IMG/VR virus record: IMGVR_UViG_3300000062_000001
Coordinates: 1 to 64,000 of that record
Reading direction: 5' to 3' (one strand)
Source of the DNA: a virus
DNA: 64,000 nt
Positions within the stretch are counted from its first letter, which is position 1. Each line of letters opens with the position of its first letter. The notes below the pieces were generated by a model. The model searched no databases and was not told the DNA's origin. It saw only the letters and a program-made list of their open reading frames with translations. Made by a program: the position numbers and the translations under genes. Below, one piece after another: positions 38,984-47,300 of this stretch.

Positions 38984-39952
38984 AATTTTAATTATTAATA
39001 ATGAATATTTTTAATTTTAATTTAATAAATAAAACTATTATCACATCTTCTGTGGTATGCAGTGGATGTAAATCCTCTGTTATCATATTCATCTTGTATT
39101 CTCAAGACTATAATAGTTTTAATATTGTATTTTACAGCAAAAACTATAAATGAGTCAATTTATATAATGTTATTATTTATATAAAATGACTCTATATTAT
39201 TTTCATTTAGAAGTCTTGCATCTTCTCCTTATCATATCTAATAAGTCTAATGTAAATTACTAATAATATATTTTAGATATAGAACCATGTTTTCCCCAAG
39301 AACTAGGGAAGTTATTTAAGTTTTTATTTGTAGAGCTCTCGCTTTAAAGAAGCTCTCTATAATAACCTTGTTAAGATAATGCACCAGTCATTATACCAGT
39401 CTTTCCATTTCTTAACTCATAACGATTTTCTCATTATGAAACTTATATTGACAATTGTATTATTTGATAAAATAATACCTTACAAAGATAAGTAAGATTT
39501 CAACTTTTATTTTAAGTGGTTTAAGTCAAACAATAGCCTACTTTGACTCAACAAGTTGGTTCTTTCAAATCTATTGTTTAATCATCAGATTATTTTCCAC
39601 TAAAAAGACCTATAAGCAGTTCAGAAATTTAATTTATGGGATGCTTATAGATACATTTATTTTAGAGGTTGGCGATGGTGTTATAATTCAACCAGAACTC
39701 CTGTTACAGTATCTCCTGTAATCCACCAACCTTGTATTTTATTCATCATACAAAACTATCTTGTACGATATAGTTAAATCTTATTAATTAGCTAAATTAA
39801 CAATACTTATTCAATACCTTTCTCAAGGGTATTTACTTTTTACATAAAGTTGGATAGTTCAACTAATCATTTTCTTTACCATCATTAACAGGAGCCTGAA
39901 TAACCTATTAACTAGGACTTGTTTTTTAGGTAATGAGAATTCACAAGTAACC

Positions 39953-40306
39953 TTATTCTACATATTTTCCACACGGGAGACCATCATCAAATTGATAGTC
40001 TTCCATTAATTGTTTATAATTTATAAAAGCAAGATCTGTTAAAATTCCATGCTTGTCGTAAGAAGTTATTTGATAATAATCATCTTGTTTGTTTGTTATC
40101 CACCTATCTCTAAATGATGAAGCATCATCTATTGTAAAGGGAACAAGTTTTCTTTCTGGTTTTAATCTGTAATTTTTAGGGGATGCTTCGAAATTTAAGT
40201 TGTGGCAATCGTACCAAACTCCAGTATTATCTCTATATTGTACCCTTTTACCTCCTGCAAAAGCAATAATAATTGGTAATAGTGCAAGAGCACGTTTTGG
40301 TGTCAT
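39953..40306 (-). CDS. hypothetical protein
   Basis: 117-aa ORF. Confidence 0.5.
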   Translation of the reverse strand: MTPKRALALLPIIIAFAGGKRVQYRDNTGVWYDCHNLNFEASPKNYRLKPERKLVPFTIDDASSFRDRWITNKQDDYYQITSYDKHGILTDLAFINYKQLMEDYQFDDGLPCGKYVE

Positions 40307-40317
40307 AATAATTATAT

Positions 40318-40503
40318 TTAATTAGTTAATAATTTAAGTACTATACAAATTAATATTATAACTGCTAAAGATATAATATTAAATTTAAATGATTCTTCAT
40401 CCTTTGTTACATTAACAGTCAATTGTGGTTTGAATATTTGAAGAGTAGTATAACAAAGTAAGAAGATAAAAGTAACTCCTAATATTATAAATTTAGTTTC
40501 CAT
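40318..40503 (-). CDS. small membrane protein
   Basis: 61-aa ORF with two hydrophobic helices. Confidence 0.4.
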   Translation of the reverse strand: METKFIILGVTFIFLLCYTTLQIFKPQLTVNVTKDEESFKFNIISLAVIILICIVLKLLTN

Positions 40504-40510
40504 AATAATA

Positions 40511-40687
40511 TTAATTAAACGGTAGTATAAAATAACTTTTATATCCAGCTTTAGGATTAAGTTTTTGCTTAGTTCTAAATAGTTCTGAAGCCTTATTTAA
40601 AGCTTTAGAATGAGTATCAGTTAATATCTGATTGATAGGATGAATTTTATTCTTGTCATCTCTAAAATATACATTATATTCTTTCAT
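40511..40687 (-). CDS. small hypothetical protein (below the track cutoff)
   Basis: Hand-translated 58-aa ORF, MKEYNVYFRDDKNKIHPINQ...YFILPFN, which fills the gap in the gene train. Confidence 0.35.
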   Translation of the reverse strand: MKEYNVYFRDDKNKIHPINQILTDTHSKALNKASELFRTKQKLNPKAGYKSYFILPFN

Positions 40688-40726
40688 TTTATGAGTGTTT
40701 TATTAACAATTAAAATTAAGATTAAA

Positions 40727-40766
40727 ATATACCCAAGAGTATATATAAGTATAAACTTGGGTATAT
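40727..40766 (-). terminator. 11-bp perfect hairpin followed by a U-rich tract
   Basis: atatacccaag (40727-40737) pairs with cttgggtatat (40756-40766), immediately after the stop of 40779..41135. Confidence 0.55.
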
Positions 40767-40778
40767 AATTAATTAAGA

Positions 40779-41135
40779 CTAACCTTCAAATACATTTTCA
40801 TTCCCTGCACCATTAGGGGCTGTGAAGAAAGCGCCTGTTTTTGCATTTTGGATTACTGGAGTATCCAGATTAGGCCTTTGACCTACCACTGCGGTTTCAT
40901 CTTTTGCTGATGACATGATTGACATTGGTATGTACTGACCACTTTTATTCTTGCCCTCAAAGTAGCATATTTTTCTACCTTCAGTGCTTTTAGAAGCCCT
41001 CCAATTTGAGAATTTAATTGCTTCATAGCCTTTGAGTACATCTCTCATTGTACCTGAGCCAGCTATATTGCTCATTGCATCTGGGTTAGACGATGTGACT
41101 GCTGCACCTTTTGATCCTAAATCGAAATTAAACAT
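40779..41135 (-). CDS. hypothetical Gly/Ala/Ser-rich protein, apparently its own transcription unit
   Basis: 118-aa ORF bracketed by a tRNA upstream and a strong hairpin downstream. Confidence 0.55.
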   Translation of the reverse strand: MFNFDLGSKGAAVTSSNPDAMSNIAGSGTMRDVLKGYEAIKFSNWRASKSTEGRKICYFEGKNKSGQYIPMSIMSSAKDETAVVGQRPNLDTPVIQNAKTGAFFTAPNGAGNENVFEG

Positions 41136-41193
41136 GATAAATAAAAATTAAATTGTTAATAAAATGATTCAATAATGTAGTAACTACTACATC

Positions 41194-41265
41194 GTAGCGG
41201 AGGTTAGAATCGAACTAACTACTTCAAGATTATGAGACTTGATTTCTACCATTGAATTACTCCGC
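41194..41265 (-). tRNA. tRNA with anticodon CAU (Met, or Ile2 if lysidine-modified)
   Basis: Hand-folded cloverleaf. T-arm GUUAG-UUCGAUU-CUAAC, anticodon loop CUCAUAA, D-loop with GG, six acceptor pairs plus a U:U at 1:72. Confidence 0.7.
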
Positions 41266-41472
41266 ATTATTAAAAAGGAACTAACATACTTAAGTAATGT
41301 TGCTCTTCTACCAAAAAATGAAATTTTTATGCTAGTTCCTTAATGTGTGTAAATTCAAAGGAGAGTTAAATCACATTCCTCCTCTTCATTTATATCATCT
41401 TCGTAATGACGATTTACCAATGCTGTTTCTCTAAAATAACTATCCATTGATAGAATTCTTTCGATAGTTTTT

Positions 41473-41754
41473 CTAGACATAATTTGCAGGTTTAGTATTA
41501 CTGTAAATAAATCTCATATTGTTCTCTTTAGCAAACTTTATTTCTGCTTTGGAGATAGGAAAAGTTATTAATTCCATCAAGCTTTTCTCTTGTATTAAAT
41601 CTCTTTTAGGATGATTTAATCTGAAGAACTTTCTATCCTGTTTCTTATGCAGGATATCACTCTTAATAGAGTCAGTTATTATTATTGAATTTCCTCTTTT
41701 GATTTGCCTTCTTGTACTTTGCATAGTTACTGAATTTAGTGCGTTTAACATCAA
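41473..41754 (-). CDS. hypothetical protein
   Basis: 93-aa ORF. Confidence 0.45.
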   Translation of the reverse strand: MMLNALNSVTMQSTRRQIKRGNSIIITDSIKSDILHKKQDRKFFRLNHPKRDLIQEKSLMELITFPISKAEIKFAKENNMRFIYSNTKPANYV

Positions 41755-41986
41755 ATATATCTAAAGCTAATGAAACTATAAAGCCCATAGCTAATAAGCA
41801 TGTAATTGCTGTTAGAATATCTAAGAATATCATTTTGTGGGCTTATTTAAGTTTTTAAGAAACCATTTCTGTATTGCATTAACAGAATACCATAGAACAA
41901 ATCCAAATGTTATTCCTATAAGAACAGACGCAAGTATAAAAAATATTGTTGCAATAGTAATCATAATTGTTTAAGTTATTAAAGAA

Positions 41987-42025
41987 ATATACCTACTATC
42001 ATTGTTTATAAAATAGTAGGTATAT
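41987..42025 (-). terminator. 12-bp perfect hairpin
   Basis: atatacctacta (41987-41998) pairs with tagtaggtatat (42014-42025), after the stop of 42046..42525. Confidence 0.5.
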
Positions 42026-42045
42026 TAATTAAGTTTTACATAAAT

Positions 42046-42525
42046 TCATTTGTAATATTGTATCTTAATATTAGTACCTTTGATACTGATATTATTTACA
42101 GTTAATTCTCCTGATTCTACAATTACTTGAACAATGTTTGTATTTTTAGATACATTAACCATTGTTTTAGTAGTGAGATCAATTTGATGAGCTTCTGGCA
42201 TGGTATTTTCATCCCAGCGTGGGCTGTTTTTTCTACCTGGTGCAATAGCAGTAGTCATACTATGATTGACAAATAACATTGATTTGTACTTGGTTATAAA
42301 TATTTTATTGTTATAGTAAACCATTTCTATACTTGCTGCACTTCTGGTTATTCCAGTTTGTTCCTGAATTTTAGCTGCTGCTATTTCAAAAGCATATCTT
42401 AAATTATTAGGACACCTTTTGATGGTCTCTGCTAATATTTCAAATTCGGCTGTAGAGTATTGTGGACCTCTTTTAGGTCTTTTTTCCTCTCGTTCCTGGG
42501 AGTAATCAAAATTAATTGTTTCCAT
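42046..42525 (-). CDS. hypothetical protein
   Basis: 159-aa ORF ending in TGA. Confidence 0.5.
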   Translation of the reverse strand: METINFDYSQEREEKRPKRGPQYSTAEFEILAETIKRCPNNLRYAFEIAAAKIQEQTGITRSAASIEMVYYNNKIFITKYKSMLFVNHSMTTAIAPGRKNSPRWDENTMPEAHQIDLTTKTMVNVSKNTNIVQVIVESGELTVNNISIKGTNIKIQYYK

Positions 42526-43006
42526 TGTATAAATATTTTAGTGTGTTAGTATGTGTGTATTTATTAGTATTCTCCTGGAGTATAATTCTTACGAATATAT
42601 TTCCATACAAATATTCCTATGATTATCCACAAGAATAAGGTGTAACCAAACTCATCATTTAGTTGTATTGATTGTAATGTTGTCATGTTGTGTAATGTTA
42701 ATGTTAATATACAAATTCAATGTTCATCCAATGAGGAATATATTCATTAGGATAAGTCCTAAAGAACCCTCTTAGAGCATGTTCAAGAGATAATCCTGAT
42801 ATTGTCAAAACTCTCTTTCTATTAGTAGTAATCCTGTATCTTTTAATCATGATGTATAAATATTTGATGTGTAATTGATAATTATGTAGGAATTAATCTT
42901 TGAATTTGATACTAATTAATAGTTAATAATAGTAATAATAGTGTATTGAATATATTTTAAGACTGTCCACATGTCTGATGATTGACACATGGACAGCTAT
43001 TCTGGT

Positions 43007-43363
43007 TTACTTTACGAGCTTTTTGAAGTCTGAGAAGCTGATGGATGGGGAGGAAGTGTAGAGGATATAATACACCTCATTATCTTCATCTTGCATCTCT
43101 TTAACAAACAATTCTGATGCAGACCAGACTTCATCTTCATCCAATAAATCAGCACCTTTCTCAATTGATTCACTGAGACTTTCACTGGTTATCATATATA
43201 CAGGCTCTTCATTAGCTATAAAACTAATATACCACCTGTCCCCAGTAGCACATTTTTTAAATCTGGTCTTGACCTCATCACAGGTCATTGATTCCATGAA
43301 AGCAACTAGGTTTAGGTCTTTACTCTTAGGAGCAGCTTGATTGTTATTCGGTAAATTTTTCAT
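43007..43363 (-). CDS. acidic hypothetical protein, first gene of the minus-strand block
   Basis: 118-aa ORF next to the divergent intergenic region. Confidence 0.5.
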   Translation of the reverse strand: MKNLPNNNQAAPKSKDLNLVAFMESMTCDEVKTRFKKCATGDRWYISFIANEEPVYMITSESLSESIEKGADLLDEDEVWSASELFVKEMQDEDNEVYYILYTSSPSISFSDFKKLVK

Positions 43364-43764
43364 TGGTAGAAAGTTTATTAATGAGACTTAAAAATTATGG
43401 TAGGGCCCTATGACCCCAACCCAAGAACTAGGAAGGGGGGGTTTAATGGACAATGTCATCCTTACACACCCCCAACTGTTTTTTTAAATTATTCTCTTCA
43501 TTACTCACTCCAATTTTTAAAAATTTATACATATCCCATCCCCCAAGTCCTTGAATATAAAAAGGTAGGGGGCTTGTTTTTAAATCCCAAAAAGAGAGGG
43601 GAGGAGAAGCAGAAAAAGTCTGGTTGCAAATTAATCCTGTAACTATACTTAGAGTATAGATTTAAGCTCCAAAATAAACTGTATTGAGGTCAAAAAAGGT
43701 CAGATTATGAGCCACAATCATAAGAATGAAATGTTAATAAAAGTTAAAGTTTTCATAGTATAAA

Positions 43765-43805
43765 ATAGTTAACCCACTATAGTAGTTATAGTTAACCTCT
43801 AGTAG
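43765..43805. repeat. tandem imperfect direct repeat ATAGTTAACC..CT.TAGTAG in the divergent intergenic region
   Basis: atagttaacccactatagtag (43765-43785) and atagttaacctctagtag (43788-43805). Related atagtt words recur at 43838-43855. Confidence 0.4.
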
Positions 43806-43851
43806 ATATAAAACTTTTTATAATATATATATATTAAAATAGTTTAAATAG

Positions 43852-43882
43852 TTGCATATTTCAATAATTATACATACCTTTG
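43852..43882 (+). promoter_or_regulatory. candidate Bacteroidota-type promoter (-33 TTG, -7 TAnnTTTG)
   Basis: TTG at 43852-43854, a 20-nt spacer, then TACCTTTG at 43875-43882. It lies about 520 nt upstream of the first plus-strand ORF. Confidence 0.3.
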
Positions 43883-44404
43883 CATTGTCTATATTTTGAT
43901 GGAGAAATATCTCCCCCTTTAATTAGATTTGCAAAAGGGGTAGAAGTTGGGTTGTAACTCCTGTATGATGATTACAGAAATAGGGAGTGAGTTGTCCCCA
44001 ATAAGACACAAATTGCTTAGATATAAACTGGTTCTCTCACCAATCCATTGAGAAAAGGTACAGGTAAAGAGAGCTAGGGGTATAAACAGGGGGTATGAAT
44101 ATGTATAGGGACCTGAACAAGACAAGAACTATACTGAGCTTCATATCTATATAAGACGGGCCAGGGAAATTCTAAGTTAAATTGGGCATAGAGAAATCTA
44201 TTTATATCTGGAAATCATCTAAAGATATAACACTATAGCAGTCATAATGCTATTAAATAGTGGCTTAGCTCCAAACTTTTTTAATTAAAGGCTTGGTCTT
44301 AGGAAAATCTATATCCTTTTGTGAAGGATTAAAACCCTAATATATGTATTGAGTATTAAAGAATTAAAAGAATATTTTGATTAAAATTAAATATAGAGAT
44401 TAAA

Positions 44405-44719
44405 ATGAGTAAAGAGAGATTAAAAAAGTCTAGGGAGAAGTTAACTTCTATAGATGAAAGTAGAAAAGATTTAAGAGTTATAGTAGAAATGAATATATCT
44501 TCTACAGAGATTAAAGGTATGTTAGTTGATGAAGAAGATAAGGGTAATATATTTGAGTTTGAGATTGGATATCACTATTATGAAAATTATGATGAAGATG
44601 GTAAGTTGATAGCTGCTGGTATAACTAATTCATATGGATCAAACTTGAATGAAATTAATCAAGCTGATCCAAGATTAAATGAAATTATATTAAGGACTTT
44701 AGAGGTTAAATATGAGTAA
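44405..44719 (+). CDS. hypothetical protein
   Basis: 104-aa ORF, first gene of the plus-strand block, with no TGA. Confidence 0.55.
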   Translation: MSKERLKKSREKLTSIDESRKDLRVIVEMNISSTEIKGMLVDEEDKGNIFEFEIGYHYYENYDEDGKLIAAGITNSYGSNLNEINQADPRLNEIILRTLEVKYE

Positions 44720-44966
44720 TACTAAAAAGGAATTTAGTAAAGGATTAACTGTATTCTTAATTGCTTTTGGTATAGCATGTATAGTTGCTAGTTATGTATT
44801 AGCTTTTATGAATAATACTTCAGTTAATGAGGGTGTAACTATAGCTGTAATCAGTCAGATATTAGTGACACAAGTGTCCTATTTTACTTATCAATATAAG
44901 TTAAAGGATTCAAGGAATAGGAATGGTGTAGATGAATATGGTGTACCATATGATACAGGTAGTTAA
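44712..44966 (+). CDS. small two-helix membrane protein
   Basis: 84-aa ORF with two hydrophobic helices. Confidence 0.5.
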   Translation: MSNTKKEFSKGLTVFLIAFGIACIVASYVLAFMNNTSVNEGVTIAVISQILVTQVSYFTYQYKLKDSRNRNGVDEYGVPYDTGS

Positions 44967-45057
44967 AATAATTTATAGTATTTAACATTATTTAACTAAA
45001 AATATTTGGTAGATATAAAAATTATATTTACTTTTGTATCAAATAAAAATTAAAAGT

Positions 45058-45258
45058 ATGAGTAGAATTAAGAATTGGTTTAAAGAAGAATTGGGGTTAA
45101 AGATTATAGTGGTGTTAAGTGCAATTGGTTTAGTAACTTTGATTACTTTGTTTGTTACTTCTGATACTAATGATAATACTAAGAAAACTAGTATAGAGGT
45201 TGTAGAGACAGTTGAGGTAACAGAAACAGTTGCTGTTGATAGTTTGATTGTGAATTAA
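45058..45258 (+). CDS. small membrane-anchored protein
   Basis: ATG at 45058, in frame with the track ORF that starts at TTG 45034. One TM helix. Confidence 0.45.
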   Translation: MSRIKNWFKEELGLKIIVVLSAIGLVTLITLFVTSDTNDNTKKTSIEVVETVEVTETVAVDSLIVN

Positions 45259-45304
45259 AATTATTTGTTATAAGGACTGGGGGATACCTGGTCCTTTAAA
45301 TTAT

Positions 45305-45375
45305 GGGTTTGTGTTGTAAGAGTAGCAAATTAGTCTTCAAAACTAAGAGTCAGGGAGCGTAGCCTTGCAAACCCG
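45305..45375 (+). tRNA. opal suppressor tRNA, anticodon UCA (reads UGA; Trp identity inferred)
   Basis: 71-nt cloverleaf. Acceptor GGGUUUG/CAAACCC, D-stem UUGU/GCAA, anticodon stem UUAGU/ACUAA, loop CU-UCA-AA (anticodon 45337-45339), 4-nt variable loop, T-stem CAGGG/CCUUG, discriminator G. The T-loop AGCGUAG is non-canonical. Confidence 0.75.
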
Positions 45376-45400
45376 CAGTAATTAATTAATAATTAATAAG

Positions 45401-46000
45401 TTGAAAAATAATGCTATTTGGAGAGAACAGATTTTAGAGTTAAGGAATCAAGGTAAATCCTATAGGATGATCACTAAGATTCTTAAATGTTCATCATCTA
45501 CAGTTGCTTATAACTGTAATAAAGAGGTTGAAGAGAAAGTCAAGAGTAGAATGGCTTATAGAAGGGGTGATAACAAATTGACTTGGAAACTAAAACTACA
45601 AAAGCAAGTAAGTAGTTTTAATTATAGAAAGGCTGGGAAAGGACACGGGGAATATAACAAGGATTGGAATAAAAAATTAAGGACATCATATTCTACATTT
45701 ATGAATAGGGGAAGTAAAAATACTAGTAAGGTTTCATACAAAGCAGTTATAGAAAAATTTGGTTTAAGGACCAGATGTTATTTAACAGGTAAGAAAATTG
45801 ATTTAACTAAGGATGATTATTCTTTTGATCATATAGTTCCTGTAGCTAAAGGTGGAGAAAATACATTGGATAACTTAGGTATTACTATACCTATAGTTAA
45901 TAGATCTAAGACAGATTTAACTAAAGATGAATATATAGAGTTGTGTAAAAAAATATTAAAGTATAATGGATATTCAGTTACAAAGAGAAAGAATAGTTAA
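45401..46000 (+). CDS. HNH endonuclease with N-terminal HTH
   Basis: FDHIVPVAKGGENTLDNLGITIPIVNRSK HNH core. TTG start, immediately downstream of the suppressor tRNA. Confidence 0.7.
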   Translation: MKNNAIWREQILELRNQGKSYRMITKILKCSSSTVAYNCNKEVEEKVKSRMAYRRGDNKLTWKLKLQKQVSSFNYRKAGKGHGEYNKDWNKKLRTSYSTFMNRGSKNTSKVSYKAVIEKFGLRTRCYLTGKKIDLTKDDYSFDHIVPVAKGGENTLDNLGITIPIVNRSKTDLTKDEYIELCKKILKYNGYSVTKRKNS

Positions 46001-46253
46001 TGCAGTTAAAGGAGGATACAACTTTAAGGCTATAAAGTTAAGATGTGGTAATCCTTCAGGAAAAGTTATAGCAGAAATTATTAAGGAAGTAGATCCTTAT
46101 ATGTATAGTATATTAAATGATACAGTTGCTCTTAAAAGGTATAGGGATAAATTATATGAGAAGTATTTAGAATCAGAATATAATATATCCACATATAAAA
46201 GTGAAACTACAGGATTAACCTATCGTGTTAAGAAAGACCCAATTTATGATTAA
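45966..46253 (+). CDS. hypothetical protein
   Basis: 95-aa ORF. Confidence 0.5.
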   Translation: MDIQLQRERIVNAVKGGYNFKAIKLRCGNPSGKVIAEIIKEVDPYMYSILNDTVALKRYRDKLYEKYLESEYNISTYKSETTGLTYRVKKDPIYD

Positions 46254-46255
46254 AA

Positions 46256-46585
46256 GTGGTAATGAAGGAGTATAAAATAAACTGGTATAAAGTAAGACAT
46301 ATAAACAATGAATATGGTTGTTATATCTTAGCTGAAGGAGTAAGGGACGCTAAAAGAAGATTTAAAGACAATGAATTGAACAATTTTCCTACAATAAGTG
46401 GATTAAAATATGATAGAATAGAGGAATATTGGAATAAGGAATATTTAGCAGCTTTTAATGAGTATTATAAAGAAGATAATATACTAGTAACAATTTGGGA
46501 TGAATTAACTCTTGAAGATGAAAGAAGGGCTATAAATATGTGGAAACAAGAACTTAGGTATAGATATATAAAAGAAAGAGAATAG
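46256..46585 (+). CDS. hypothetical protein
   Basis: 109-aa ORF. The likely ATG is at 46262. Confidence 0.5.
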   Translation: MVMKEYKINWYKVRHINNEYGCYILAEGVRDAKRRFKDNELNNFPTISGLKYDRIEEYWNKEYLAAFNEYYKEDNILVTIWDELTLEDERRAINMWKQELRYRYIKERE

Positions 46586-46587
46586 TT

Positions 46588-46869
46588 ATGAAGGAAAGAA
46601 TTTATGTTGTATGGCATATTAATAATGGAAAACATTACAATAAAACTTATAAAGAAGCTGAATGGAATGGTTGTGCTTACTGAGTTACAGCTTCTAATAG
46701 GGGAATAGCTAAAGATAGAGCAATACAACATTTCTTTATAGATAACTGTCCATTAGATTATATCAATACTTTTTCTAATATGACCGTGGAGGAATTTTTT
46801 GATAAGAAAAATTTAAAAGTGTCTTATATAAAAAAATATGATTATTTAAATTATGGATTAGATATTTAA
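46588..46869 (+). CDS. hypothetical protein, first gene containing an in-frame TGA
   Basis: ATG 46588, TGA 46681-46683 in frame, TAA 46867-46869. Reads ...EAEWNGCAY-W-VTASNRGIAKDR... Confidence 0.5.
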
Positions 46870-46881
46870 AAAAGTTGATAA

Positions 46882-46953
46882 GGTTGTTTAGTATAACGGA
46901 TAATATATTTCTCTTCTAAAGAAATGATGGTGGTTCGATTCCATCAACAACTA
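46882..46953 (+). tRNA. tRNA-Arg (anticodon UCU)
   Basis: 72-nt cloverleaf. Acceptor GGUUGUU/AACAACU, anticodon stem UUUCU/AGAAA, loop CU-UCU-AA, T-arm GGUGG-UUCGAUU-CCAUC. Confidence 0.8.
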
Positions 46954-46968
46954 CAAAATAAATTAATT

Positions 46969-47295
46969 ATGAGAATAATAGAAAGAAATGGGTTCCCAAT
47001 ACCTAAGGGGTATATAGGTATAACATTATGGCCATTTGGGATATATGTGATACCTAATATAAAGAATAGTTATACTGTGAATCATGAAAAGATTCACTGG
47101 GCACAGCAGAAGGAATTACCTGTGTTATTTTATGTACTGTATGGATTATTTTATATAGTTAACTTATGTAGATACAAGTTTGATACAAAGAAAGCTTATT
47201 ACGCAATTCCTTTTGAGATAGAAGCATATATTCAAGAAGATAATACAGAGTATTTACAAGAAAGATATGATTATGCATGGCTTAAATATATATAA
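46969..47295 (+). CDS. small HExxH motif protein (putative zinc metallopeptidase-like)
   Basis: NHEKIHWAQQKE contains HExxH. Start moved to ATG 46969 because the track start at 46924 lies inside the tRNA. Confidence 0.4.
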   Translation: MRIIERNGFPIPKGYIGITLWPFGIYVIPNIKNSYTVNHEKIHWAQQKELPVLFYVLYGLFYIVNLCRYKFDTKKAYYAIPFEIEAYIQEDNTEYLQERYDYAWLKYI

Positions 47296-47300
47296 TAAGT

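Noticed and set aside
39668-39731. A tRNA-like element formed by ggttgg...ccaacc closing about 64 nt.
   Set aside because: It is only about 65 nt. It has no T-loop or D-arm consensus on either strand, and the internal helices do not give a cloverleaf. I kept it only as part of the ORF-free tract finding.
39580-39779. Plus-strand words resembling group I Q, R and S elements: aatcatcagat at 39580-39590, gttcagaaatttaa at 39619-39632 and gatatagttaaat at 39767-39779, with complementary auuuaa/uuaaau that could form P7.
   Set aside because: There is no convincing P element and no exon context. The orientation is opposite to the flanking genes. The R-like word lies in the loop of a competing perfect 9-bp hairpin. 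It could be a decayed intron remnant but is not supportable as a ribozyme from the sequence alone.
41274-41340. Long-loop inverted repeat aaggaacta...tagttcctt upstream of the CAU tRNA.
   Set aside because: A 9-bp stem with a ~47-nt loop is weak as a terminator. It may be a processing or regulatory element, but nothing further supports a call.
43397-44125. Track ORFs 43397..43642 (+) and 43919..44125 (-) in the divergent intergenic region.
   Set aside because: Their Pro/Gly/Cys-rich composition is unlike every other protein here. They arise from the local G/C runs, have no sensible start context or neighbours, and the region is better explained as regulatory or RNA-coding.
45305-45375. The UCA-anticodon tRNA might be a selenocysteine tRNA.
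   Set aside because: It is 71 nt with a 7-bp acceptor stem, a 5-bp T-stem and a 4-nt variable loop. tRNA-Sec has an extended acceptor/T arm and a long variable arm. No SECIS-like context is evident, and the TGA codons are far too frequent.
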